DNA of 63,942 nucleotides, filler included, from Dehalococcoidia bacterium (GTDB lineage: Bacteria > Chloroflexota > Dehalococcoidia > DSTF01 > JACRBR01), in assembly GCA_041494685.1 (NCBI GenBank). It is 3 parts of 3 records of this genome, joined end to end, with 100 filler letters (N's around TTAATTAATTAA, not from the genome) between each part and the next. Parts side by side here need not be neighbours in the genome. Positions count along the whole stretch, not along the records: positions 1 to 30,325 come from JBGQBE010000042.1; 2 more parts are not named here. The stretch is one strand, 5' to 3'. The notes beneath the pieces are model-generated. The model did no database searches and was not told the origin of the DNA. It worked only from the letters and a program-made list of their open reading frames with translations. Positions 1 through 8,984 of this stretch are shown here, in pieces. The translations under genes and the position numbers were made by a program. Within the stretch, counting starts at the first letter, position 1. The number at the start of each line of letters is the position of its first letter.

Positions 1-507
1 GGACCGATGCTGGCGCGCGTGGAGGTTCCGATCGCCCCGGACGACACAACGGCCACGCTGACGGAGAAGATCGCCGTCGCCGGGGCGCGACTGCTGCTCG
101 AAATACTGCCGCGGTACGCGGCGGGCGCGCTCCGGCCGCAGGAGCAGGACGACGCGCTGGCGACCTACGCGCCGCAGATCGAGAAGGCGGACGCGCTGAT
201 CGACTGGTCGCGCGAGAGCTCCGCACGGATCGAGCGGATGGTGCGCGCTTACGACCCCTGGCCCGTCGCCTACAGCTACCTCGCCGGTGCGCCGCTGCGC
301 CTCCACCGCGTCAGTGTCTTGCCGCAGCGATCCGGCGTGGCTCCGGGCACGATCATCGCGTCCGGCAACGGCATCGCCGTGGCGGCGTTGGACGCCGACG
401 TGGCGCTGCTGCGCGTGCAGGGCCCGGGCGGCAAGCCAATGAGCGGCGCGGAGTACTGCCGCGGGCACCGGGAGATCCTGGGAAAGCGGCTGGTCGCGGA
501 GCGGTAG
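1..507 (+). CDS. fmt: Methionyl-tRNA formyltransferase, C-terminal part (5' truncated by window)
   Basis: QDDALATYAPQIEKADALIDW, VRAYDPWPVAY and VQGPGGKPM motifs of the Fmt C-terminal half; frame open to window edge. Confidence 0.9.
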   Translation, partial: GPMLARVEVPIAPDDTTATLTEKIAVAGARLLLEILPRYAAGALRPQEQDDALATYAPQIEKADALIDWSRESSARIERMVRAYDPWPVAYSYLAGAPLRLHRVSVLPQRSGVAPGTIIASGNGIAVAALDADVALLRVQGPGGKPMSGAEYCRGHREILGKRLVAER

Positions 508-510
508 CCG

Positions 511-2403
511 TCAGCCCGAGCGGGCGACGTCGGCTGGGACGAGGACGCGCAGCGGGATCGCGCCCTGATACTTGTCCTCGATCACGATGTCCTGCGGCGC
601 GACGTCCTTGCAGACGTGGCAGCGGAAGCACTTCGCGTCATCGATCTGCCATGCGCCTCCCGCCTGCGCGATCGCCTTCACCGGGCAGAGGGCGGCCGCC
701 TCGGCGACGGCGGACGTCTGGTTCGCGACGCGATAGCGGATCAGGCCGTCGCACACCTGCGCCGGGCAGCGGTGCTCCAGAGCGTGCGCGTCGTACTCAT
801 CGCGGAAGTACTTGATCGTGTTATTGACGATCGTAGGCGAGAGCGTGCCGTGGAAGCAGTTGGAGTACTGCATCGACGCGGCCAGCGACGCGATGCTCTC
901 GGGGTCGGATTCTTCAGCCAGGCCTGCCGACGTGCGGTGCAGGATCTCGAACAGACGCTGGTTGGCGCCGCGGCAGGTCGTGCAGCGCCCGCACGACTCG
1001 GCCTCGATGAACCACGTGAACATGACGTTGAGGTCGATCACGCACGTCCGGTCGCTGACGAACATCAGTCCGCCGCCGCCCATGCCGGCGCCCAGCGGGC
1101 GGAACGGCTCCGGTTCGAGCGGCAGGTCGCCGGCTATCGCGGCGGGCAGGAGGCCCGAGAGCGGGCCGCCCTGCTGCAGCGCCTTGAACGCGCGGCCTCC
1201 GGCCATGCCGCCAACCGCTGCCAGCACCTGGTTCACCGTGGTCCCGAAGGGTACCTCGATGCAGCCGGTGCGGGCGGCCTCGCCGCAGATAGTGAACATC
1301 TTTGTGCCGCGATTCATCTCCGTGCCGACGTCGCTGAAACGCTCCGGCGTGACGCGCAGGAGCGTCGCGGCGGCGGCGTAGGTCTCGACGTTGTTGACGT
1401 TCGTGGGCTTGTCCAGCACGCCCTTCTGCGCGGGGAACGGAGGCTTGATCTTCGGCATGCCGCGACCGTCGTTGATCGAGGCGATCAGTCCCGTCTCGTC
1501 GCCGCAGACGTATGCGCCGGCGCCGCGCACGACCTCCGCGTCGAAGTTGACGCCCGTGCCGAGGGCGTTCGCGCCGAGGATGCCGCGCTCGCGCGCCTGC
1601 GCCAGCGCCTGGTTCAGGCGCGCGTTGGCCAGCGGGTACTCGTCGCGCAGGTAGATCCAGCCCCAGGTAGCGCCCGAGGCCTTCGCGGCCAGCAGCATGC
1701 CCTCGATGACGAGGTGCGGGTCGCTTTCGAGGATCACACGGTTCACCCACGCGCCCGGGTCGCCCTCGTCGGCGTTGCACACCAGGTACTTCGGCTCGGC
1801 CGTGGCGGTGCGCAGGAAGTCCCACTTGGTGCCCGTCGAGAAGAACGAGCCGGAGTGGCCGCGCAGCGTCGATCCCTTGACGACGTTGATCAGCTCGACC
1901 GGGTCCATGGTGGAGGCAGCCAGGAAGTGGCTGTAGCCTCCGCGCGCGATGTAGTGGTCGATGTTCTCGGGGTCGATGACGCCGCAGTTGTGCATCATCC
2001 AGCGCGTCTGGATCTTCATCCAGTCGAGGTCGGAGAGCGCCGGCACGCCGTCGACCGCGCCGCCCGTGACGACGCCGAGCGCGTGATCGCGCGCGACGCC
2101 CTTCGCGGCGGTCGCGGCGAACGCCTCCGCCTTGTCGGCGGTAACGCGGCCGTAGAGGATCGACGTGCCGCCGGGCTGCGTGACCTGCACGACGGGCTCG
2201 GCGAAGGCGAAGCCGGTGTCGCCGGTCTGCATCACGTCGAAGCCGCCGCCCCCCGACAGCTTCGTCAGCGCGGCGAGCGTCTCCCGCGCGCCGGCGGCGA
2301 TCGACGACGTGTTGACGGAGACGATGAAGAGCGGCCGCGGCGGGTTCTCAACCGCCTTCCAGGCACCGTCGGCGGCGGCGCGCAACTCGTCGTAGGAGGG
2401 CAT
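511..2403 (-). CDS. NuoF/HydB-like NAD(P)H-binding flavo-iron-sulfur subunit
   Basis: CNADEGDPG, GAGAYVCGDET, KPPFP, NNVET, ESCGRCTTC motifs and C-terminal ferredoxin-like part; ATG at 2403 directly after the upstream stop. Confidence 0.88.
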   Translation of the reverse strand: MPSYDELRAAADGAWKAVENPPRPLFIVSVNTSSIAAGARETLAALTKLSGGGGFDVMQTGDTGFAFAEPVVQVTQPGGTSILYGRVTADKAEAFAATAAKGVARDHALGVVTGGAVDGVPALSDLDWMKIQTRWMMHNCGVIDPENIDHYIARGGYSHFLAASTMDPVELINVVKGSTLRGHSGSFFSTGTKWDFLRTATAEPKYLVCNADEGDPGAWVNRVILESDPHLVIEGMLLAAKASGATWGWIYLRDEYPLANARLNQALAQARERGILGANALGTGVNFDAEVVRGAGAYVCGDETGLIASINDGRGMPKIKPPFPAQKGVLDKPTNVNNVETYAAAATLLRVTPERFSDVGTEMNRGTKMFTICGEAARTGCIEVPFGTTVNQVLAAVGGMAGGRAFKALQQGGPLSGLLPAAIAGDLPLEPEPFRPLGAGMGGGGLMFVSDRTCVIDLNVMFTWFIEAESCGRCTTCRGANQRLFEILHRTSAGLAEESDPESIASLAASMQYSNCFHGTLSPTIVNNTIKYFRDEYDAHALEHRCPAQVCDGLIRYRVANQTSAVAEAAALCPVKAIAQAGGAWQIDDAKCFRCHVCKDVAPQDIVIEDKYQGAIPLRVLVPADVARSG

Positions 2404-2405
2404 CG

Positions 2406-2879
2406 CTACGGCTTCTCCTTCAGGTCGCGCACCAGCTTCACGGCGTCCGCGGCGGAGAGCGGGCCGACGACCTTCCCGTTCACCCAGACCTGCGCGGCGT
2501 GCTCGCAGGTGCCGTTGCACTGCGCCAGGTTGAGCCCCAGCCTGTTGTCAGGCGTGTTCTCGCCCATGCCGATGCTCAGCTCCGTCTCCAGCACCTTGCG
2601 GACGCGGTCGCCGCCGGCGATGCGGCAGGCGGGGCCGCTGCACCAGCCGATCAACGTCTCGGGCGGCGGAATGAGACGGAACTCACTGTAGAAGGTCGCG
2701 GCGCCGTAGACCTTCGCCTCGCTGAGGCGGAGCTGCCGCGCGACCACGCGCATCGCCATCTTCGGCACGTAGCCGAAGTGGTGCTGGACGCGGTGGAGCG
2801 CGGCGAGCAGGTCGCCGTCGCCGGGCTTGCAGTCGGCGATCAGGTGCTGGATCTCGAGGGTGGCTTCGTTTTCGAGCAT
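2406..2879 (-). CDS. NuoE/HydC-like [2Fe-2S] subunit
   Basis: LHRVQHHFGYVP, ATFYSEF, CSGPAC and CNGTC cysteine ligands; AGGAG 9 nt upstream of ATG 2879. Confidence 0.88.
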   Translation of the reverse strand: MLENEATLEIQHLIADCKPGDGDLLAALHRVQHHFGYVPKMAMRVVARQLRLSEAKVYGAATFYSEFRLIPPPETLIGWCSGPACRIAGGDRVRKVLETELSIGMGENTPDNRLGLNLAQCNGTCEHAAQVWVNGKVVGPLSAADAVKLVRDLKEKP

Positions 2880-2909
2880 GCGCATGCGCTCCTGATTGTG
2901 CGCGGCTTC

Positions 2910-2938
2910 ACTATAGGAGAGGGGCGAATAGCGGACAA
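2910..2938 (-). promoter_or_regulatory. sigma70-type promoter for the nuoE/F-like pair
   Basis: TTGTCC-17 nt-TATAGT on minus strand. Confidence 0.65.
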
Positions 2939-2966
2939 GACGGGGGCGGAGGCGGACCGGGGCAGC

Positions 2967-4307
2967 CTACGCGGCCGCGCCGGGGCGATTCGCGCGGCGG
3001 GCGTGGTCTTCGGCGACCATCTTCGCGACCTCCTCGCCCATCTTGATGCTGTAGTTCTGGCCGCGATCCTCGGGGTAGATCTGCGTCATCGTCTCCAGGT
3101 ACAGGCCATCGACCGGCGTCCGGTGGTCGGGCTTGTGGGCGCCGTAGTCCAGCCGGATGACGGGCTGCGCGTACGGGGCCTTGAACAGCCACTTCTGCGT
3201 CACCCAGTCGGACGAGAATTCCGGGTTGATGCGCTTCAACGCCGGCTCGAAGATCGCCCAGAGCTGCTCCTGGTCCATGCCGAAGTACTCGTGCCCCTGG
3301 TGCAGGTAGTTCGAGATGTAGAGGATGTGGTTGCCGCCGTAGTGCTCCGGGCCGATGAAGTTCGTGTGCTCGATCAGCGCCAGGAACGGCATGCTGCGGT
3401 CGCCGATGTTCATCCAGTACGTGCTGGAGAGCGAACGCTTCATCGTCACGACCATGCAGACCGCGCCCTGCCACTGCACGTGGGCGAGGCGCTGCGCGTA
3501 GTCATCGGTCAGCGGCGGCGCCATTTTCTTGAACAGCAACGACGGCAGCGCCGCCACCACCGCGTCGGCGGCGACCTGCGTGCCGTCGGCCAGCACGATG
3601 CCGGTCGCGCGGTTGTCCCGCGCCGTGATGCGCTCGACGCCGGTGCTCGTGTGGACCTGGACGCCGCCTTCGCGCAGGCGCCGCTCCAGTTCGTCGATGT
3701 AGACCCAGAAGCTGCCCATCAGGTAGCCCAGGTGCTCCTTCTGCATCGGGCCGCCCTCGCGCGACTGCATGCGCAGGTGGATCTTGCTCCACAGCCACGC
3801 CATCGCGACCTGGTCGTAGGCGTCGCCGTACTTGCCCTTCAGCAGCGGCCCCCACACCTTCTCGAAGACATTCTTCGAGACGTTCTTCTCGATCCAATCC
3901 TTGCAGGTGATCTGCTCGAACTCCGCCCACTCTTCGCGGCGGCGCAACCGCAGGCCCATCAGGCCCAGCTTCACGCGGTCCAACAGCGGCAGCGGCGCGA
4001 AGCGCAGGAGGTCGATCGGCGTGACGAACGGGTAGATCTTGCCGTCCTCGAACCAGCCGACCTTCGACTCGACCCACTTCAGGCGGTCGCCGACGCCGAG
4101 CTCGTTGATCAGGGCGATGCAGGTGGTGTCGGTGCTGAAGATGTGGTGATAGTACGCCTCGAGGCGGCTGCCGCCGACCTCGAACGTGCGCACCAGGCCG
4201 CCCAGCTCGGGGCTCGATTCGTACAGCGCGACCTCGTGCCCGCCCTGCATCAGCCGGTACGCCGTGGTCATGCCGGCCACGCCGCCTCCGACGATCGCGA
4301 CCTTCAC
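2967..4307 (-). CDS. FAD-dependent oxidoreductase (protoporphyrinogen oxidase/amine oxidase-like family)
   Basis: N-terminal VAIVGGGVAG dinucleotide fold, YYHHIF, QIYPEDRGQNY; 4-nt overlap with upstream gene. Confidence 0.8.
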   Translation of the reverse strand: MKVAIVGGGVAGMTTAYRLMQGGHEVALYESSPELGGLVRTFEVGGSRLEAYYHHIFSTDTTCIALINELGVGDRLKWVESKVGWFEDGKIYPFVTPIDLLRFAPLPLLDRVKLGLMGLRLRRREEWAEFEQITCKDWIEKNVSKNVFEKVWGPLLKGKYGDAYDQVAMAWLWSKIHLRMQSREGGPMQKEHLGYLMGSFWVYIDELERRLREGGVQVHTSTGVERITARDNRATGIVLADGTQVAADAVVAALPSLLFKKMAPPLTDDYAQRLAHVQWQGAVCMVVTMKRSLSSTYWMNIGDRSMPFLALIEHTNFIGPEHYGGNHILYISNYLHQGHEYFGMDQEQLWAIFEPALKRINPEFSSDWVTQKWLFKAPYAQPVIRLDYGAHKPDHRTPVDGLYLETMTQIYPEDRGQNYSIKMGEEVAKMVAEDHARRANRPGAAA

Positions 4308-5425
4308 TTGCGCACGTTCCCTTCCACCGCGGGCGTCGCCGCGCGCACGACCCGTCCGCCGGGCTCATCCGCTGCGTCGGGAGGCGGCGTACCGTCTTCG
4401 CCGCGGCTCTTGAGCATGTCGCCCAGCGTCAGGTTCATCGACCACATGAGGATGAGGCCGATGATGACGACCGGGATCAGCAGCGTGGCGTGCAGGCCGA
4501 TGGCGTACGCGTCCGCGAGCTTCTTCAGGCCGTCGCCGCTCGCGCCGGCCGCGCCGAACGCGACGATCGTCTTGGAGACGACGAGCTCGAACGGCCCGAT
4601 GCCACCCTGCGACGCGATGATCGCGATGGCCAGGTTGGCCGCCGCGGTGAGCAGCAGGAAGATGTGGAACCCTTCGTGGATGCCGAACGCGCGCGCGACG
4701 ATGTAATACATGGTCGCCTCGAGCGTCCACGAGACGCCGGACATCACCCAGGCCACGCCAAGGTCAACGGGGCTGCGGAGGGCGTGGAGGCCATCGAAGA
4801 ACGAGAGCAGGATGCCTTCGACCTTCGGCTTCACCTTCTCCGGCGCGAAACGGTGGACCAGGCGATGCAGCAGGTGCCGGCCGTTGTCGGACAGCGCGAG
4901 ATAGAACAGCACCGCAAGCGCCGCGCCGAACAGCACCGCCATCACGATGCCGAGGCCTGCGAAATTGAGGCTGTGGCCGAAACCGACGGGGAAGCTCGTG
5001 TCGCCGCCCGCGAACGCGGCGACGATCAGCATCATCGGCACCAGTGTGACGCCGTCGAAGAGCCGGTCGACGGCGATCGTGCCCAGCGACGTCGTCTTGC
5101 TGATCTTCTCCCGCTCACCGAGCACGTAGGCGCGGGCCAACTCGCCGGCACGCGCCGGGATCAGGTTGTTCGCCATCAGGCCGATGAGGACGACCGGGAA
5201 CAGCCGGAGCGCCGGCACCCTCTTCACCGGCCGTAAGAGGTACTGCCAGCGGATGGTGCGCACCCACAGCCCGAGAAAGTACACGGGCAGCGAGAGAGCC
5301 ACCAGCCAGTAATTGGCCTCTTCGAACGCCCGCTTCATCTCGCCGAAGTCCGTGCTGCGCACGAAGAGGCCGATGAGCACGACGCTGACGACGATGCCGA
5401 TCCAGAATCCCCGGCTCTTCAGCAA
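4304..5425 (-). CDS. Lysylphosphatidylglycerol-synthase TM / flippase-like membrane protein
   Basis: RTIRWQYLL, ANNLIPARAGELARAY, DRLFD, GGIGPFE family motifs; many TM helices; TTG start with AGGAG RBS. Confidence 0.85.
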   Translation of the reverse strand: MLKSRGFWIGIVVSVVLIGLFVRSTDFGEMKRAFEEANYWLVALSLPVYFLGLWVRTIRWQYLLRPVKRVPALRLFPVVLIGLMANNLIPARAGELARAYVLGEREKISKTTSLGTIAVDRLFDGVTLVPMMLIVAAFAGGDTSFPVGFGHSLNFAGLGIVMAVLFGAALAVLFYLALSDNGRHLLHRLVHRFAPEKVKPKVEGILLSFFDGLHALRSPVDLGVAWVMSGVSWTLEATMYYIVARAFGIHEGFHIFLLLTAAANLAIAIIASQGGIGPFELVVSKTIVAFGAAGASGDGLKKLADAYAIGLHATLLIPVVIIGLILMWSMNLTLGDMLKSRGEDGTPPPDAADEPGGRVVRAATPAVEGNVRK

Positions 5426-5511
5426 GCGGAACTCCTAAGGGAGCAGGCGGATCCTGCCGAACGCGTGTATCTGCGTGTATCCATTTTATGTTCGGCAGCG
5501 GAAACAGCGGA

Positions 5512-5541
5512 ATTATAGGTTCGACCCGGCTGCCATGCCAA
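5512..5541 (-). promoter_or_regulatory. sigma70-type promoter for flippase-like gene and oxidoreductase
   Basis: TTGGCA-18 nt-TATAAT on minus strand. Confidence 0.55.
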
Positions 5542-5554
5542 TCGCACAGGATGA

Positions 5555-5593
5555 GCCCGGAGGCCGCGCACCTGTCTCGCGCGGCCTCCGGGC
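5555..5593 (-). terminator. Strong GC hairpin after the TIGR03663-like gene
   Basis: 15-bp perfect inverted repeat GCCCGGAGGCCGCGC/GCGCGGCCTCCGGGC 10 nt past the stop; no clear U tract. Confidence 0.55.
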
Positions 5594-5603
5594 AACCGTT
5601 ATG

Positions 5604-8600
5604 TCACTTCACGATCTCGCTCAGCGCGATCTTGCGCACCACCGCGCCCGCCGAGTCGGAGACCAGCACCGACGTGCCGTCCGTCGCGATGCCGGTCGGC
5701 CGGACGATCGCGCTCCCGGATTCCTTCGGCACGTCGTAACTGCCCGCGGCGGAGCCATCGGCGTTGAAGATCAGAATCTTGCCGTTCTGCGGCGTCGGGC
5801 AGTCCGGCGCGGTCGTACACGGGTCAGGGTCGGTCGCCAGCAGGCGACCGTCCGGCAGCAGCGCGAGGTACGGGCGGTCGGTCACGGCGGTGCTGCCCCA
5901 CGTGGCGACGCTGATCTGTCCCTTGAGGTTCAGGTCCTTGTCCAGGTGGACGATGCGCTTGTTCCAGAAGTCGGCGATCCACATGTCGCCGGCCGTGTTG
6001 GTGACGATGCTGACCGGTTCCTGGAACTCCAACGCCCCGCCCGACGTGCCCTTCGTTCCGAACTGGCGCACTACGTCGCCGTCCTGCGTATACTCGATGA
6101 TCCGGTCGTTGCCGGTGTCGCTGACGAGCAGATTGCCGTCCGCGGTGAGGACGATCTCGCGCGGGCCGAAGAGCTTCTTCGGGTCGCCGCCGGCATCGAC
6201 CTGGCCGCCCTGGCCCCACTCCTTCACCTTCTTGAGGCTCGAGTCGAGCTTGATAATTTTGTGATCCCATGTATCCGCGACGAACACCGTGCCATCGGAG
6301 GTGACGGTGAGCGACCACGGTTCCTTCATCGTGACATCCGGCGAGGTGAAGCCACCCGCCAGCGCGACGAAGTTGCCCTGCGCGTCGTACTTCTGGATGC
6401 GGCTGTTGTTCGTGTCGGCGACGTAGATATTGCCCTGCGCGTCGAACGCGACGTCTGCCGGCTGCGCCAGCTGGCCTGGCGCCGAGCCGGGGCCGCCGAT
6501 CACCATCTGCGTTCCCTCGGTCTTCACCGTCGGCCCGACGGGCGCCTGCGGGATGTCGAAGCCCTTCGGGAAGAACGCGACGCCGTCGATCGTACCGATC
6601 TGGCTGGGCGGCGTGCGGCGCACCCAGAAGTCGAGCCAGCTCTTCAGCTCCTTCACCGAGAACAGGTCGCTGAAGAAGTTGTGCGTCGAGTACTTCCCGT
6701 CCGCGCCGCGGTAGTCCTCCGGGAACCAGCGGCGGTGGTGGTACGTGATGCCTTCGCCGTAGCCACTGCCGAGTTGCACGTTGCTGACGTTGGCCTTGCT
6801 GATGAGCAGGATCGAATTCGGCGAAGGAGGCGTGAAGCTCGACTTGACGCTGGCCCACGTGACCTTCGAATAGTCGCGCAGGTACCAGGCCCACGGCCAC
6901 GTGAGACCCTCGTCGCTGTCGACGACGATGGACACATTCTTGTCCTGCCCGGACTCCTTCGCGTACTGGGCGATCTTGTCGCGCAAGATCGGAATGTCGC
7001 CGGACGTCTGCGTGTAGACCAGCAACTCCACCGGCACGTCGCCGTGGTCCTTCCGGGCGATCGTGTCCATGATCGATGGCGAGAGGTTCGGATGCCCGAA
7101 CGAGGCGAGGATGCCGGCCCGCAGCGAGAAGACGCTCAAGGCCGCGCAGGCGCCGACGAGCGCCACCTGCATCGCCGTCTTACGGCTGTAGCCCGTGTAC
7201 GCCCAGTAGACGGCGATGACCGCCACCCCCGCCAGGAGCCAGCCGCCGACGGACGCCAGCGCGAAGGGCCCGACGATCGCGAACACGAGGATGCAGAGCG
7301 CGGCCGCAACCGCGGCGTACAGAAACGGCGCCAGGCGCTCGAGCTTCGGCAGATCATCGCGCACGTCGCTATGCTCCACCATGTCGCCGACGAAGCGCCC
7401 GGCGACGACGGCGAGCGGCAGCGCGATGTGCACGTTCAGCCACGGCATCTTCTCGCCGGCCACGGTCAGCGCGAAGCTGGTGATCACGGTCCAGAACAAC
7501 AGGAAGCGTGTCAGCGTGTCCATCCTGAAGGAGAAGATGCCAAGCAGGACGATGCTGAACGGCAGGACGATGTGGAACAGCGATACCTTCTGCACCGACG
7601 GGCCGGGCGGCAGGATGAGCAGCACGAGGATGAGCGCCAACGCACCGCCGACCATCAGCGCGTTCGTCAGTCTTCCGCGGATCGCGTAGTACGCCCCTGC
7701 CGCGAGCGCGAGCAGGAGCGGCAGGAATTCGTACACGGGGATCGTGATGAAGTAGTAGTAGTCCGGCTGGTTGCCGCGCCGCACGTCCTGCTGGCTCAGC
7801 CAGTAGTCCATCGAACCCCACATGCCCGAGAAGAAGCCCGGCGGGTTCGCAAAGAACGTCGTGTAGAGCAGGACGAACGGCACCCAGAAGCACGCGGCGG
7901 CGATCAGCCACGTGCGCGGCTTCCACATCAGCCCGAGCGCGGAGGACGCGCCGATCATGATGATGACGGTCGTGACCGCGACCGTATACTCCTGCGTGGC
8001 GATGTGCGAGTTGCCGTTCTCGCCGGCGCGGTTGCGCCACTCTTTCCCGAAGAATGGCAGCATCTGTACGGACGCGGAGTACTGGGGCGCCGCCAGCGTG
8101 CCCATGACGATCAGGAGCGTGGCCTCGGGCGGCATCTCCTCCAGCTCGTATTTGTCGCGCCATCCCTGCATGAACGGCCACGCCAACGCGATCGCCCACG
8201 CGACCGCCATCAGGCCGATGTAGAGCGCGACGAACTTCGGCTCGGACATCGGTGATTTCGCGCGGATCTTCTCGGCGATATGGCCCGCGAACATGTAATC
8301 CAGGAACACCAGGAATGCGCCCACGGTCATGAACGTGGTCTCCTTCGTGCAGAAGGAAAGCGCCATGAAGCCCACCGTGAGGAACAGGAACCGCTCCTGC
8401 TTCGTGGCGATGTAGCGCCACATGAAGATCACGAGACCGAACGTCCAGAAGGCGGTGTAGATATCCTCACGCGTAAAGCGGCTGTAGTAGAGGAGCGTCG
8501 GCGAGATCGCGATGAAGGCCGCCGCGGCCAGCGCGCCGATCGTGCCGAGCTGCTTGCGAAACAGGAACGGCAGCAGCACGAGTCCCGTGCCCATCATCGC

Positions 8601-8984
8601 GGCCAGGATGCGCGCCTGGTAGTCGCCCTCGCGAAAGATCGTCATCATCAGGCCGTTGCCGATGAACTGAAACGGCCCGTGCATGAACGGCACGTGCTTG
8701 TACGTGTCCGTCGGCCCGTCAAGGGTCACGAAATCGCGCAGTGACTTGGTGAAGCCCCAGCTGAAGAAGCTGTGCAGGCTCTCATCGTGGTGCATGGCGC
8801 GATCGCCTAGCCGCCAGAAGCGCAGCGCGGCGGCGATGATCCCGATCAGCGCGTAGGCGGACAGCTCCCAGTACCGCGCCGCCATCGTCGAGATGCGATC
8901 ACGGGCGTCATCGCTCAGCGCGAATGCCCGCAGGCGCTCTCCGGTCGTGCCGGTGTACGGGACCTTCGGTTCTTGTGCGCTCAT
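5604..8984 (-). CDS. TIGR03663/Agl23-like GT-C-type membrane protein fused to C-terminal NHL beta-propeller
   Basis: HHDESLH, PFMHGP, YYSRFTREDI, KE, EKMPWL motifs; repeated IYVADTNNSRIQKYD-type NHL units. Confidence 0.8.
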   Translation of the reverse strand: MSAQEPKVPYTGTTGERLRAFALSDDARDRISTMAARYWELSAYALIGIIAAALRFWRLGDRAMHHDESLHSFFSWGFTKSLRDFVTLDGPTDTYKHVPFMHGPFQFIGNGLMMTIFREGDYQARILAAMMGTGLVLLPFLFRKQLGTIGALAAAAFIAISPTLLYYSRFTREDIYTAFWTFGLVIFMWRYIATKQERFLFLTVGFMALSFCTKETTFMTVGAFLVFLDYMFAGHIAEKIRAKSPMSEPKFVALYIGLMAVAWAIALAWPFMQGWRDKYELEEMPPEATLLIVMGTLAAPQYSASVQMLPFFGKEWRNRAGENGNSHIATQEYTVAVTTVIIMIGASSALGLMWKPRTWLIAAACFWVPFVLLYTTFFANPPGFFSGMWGSMDYWLSQQDVRRGNQPDYYYFITIPVYEFLPLLLALAAGAYYAIRGRLTNALMVGGALALILVLLILPPGPSVQKVSLFHIVLPFSIVLLGIFSFRMDTLTRFLLFWTVITSFALTVAGEKMPWLNVHIALPLAVVAGRFVGDMVEHSDVRDDLPKLERLAPFLYAAVAAALCILVFAIVGPFALASVGGWLLAGVAVIAVYWAYTGYSRKTAMQVALVGACAALSVFSLRAGILASFGHPNLSPSIMDTIARKDHGDVPVELLVYTQTSGDIPILRDKIAQYAKESGQDKNVSIVVDSDEGLTWPWAWYLRDYSKVTWASVKSSFTPPSPNSILLISKANVSNVQLGSGYGEGITYHHRRWFPEDYRGADGKYSTHNFFSDLFSVKELKSWLDFWVRRTPPSQIGTIDGVAFFPKGFDIPQAPVGPTVKTEGTQMVIGGPGSAPGQLAQPADVAFDAQGNIYVADTNNSRIQKYDAQGNFVALAGGFTSPDVTMKEPWSLTVTSDGTVFVADTWDHKIIKLDSSLKKVKEWGQGGQVDAGGDPKKLFGPREIVLTADGNLLVSDTGNDRIIEYTQDGDVVRQFGTKGTSGGALEFQEPVSIVTNTAGDMWIADFWNKRIVHLDKDLNLKGQISVATWGSTAVTDRPYLALLPDGRLLATDPDPCTTAPDCPTPQNGKILIFNADGSAAGSYDVPKESGSAIVRPTGIATDGTSVLVSDSAGAVVRKIALSEIVK

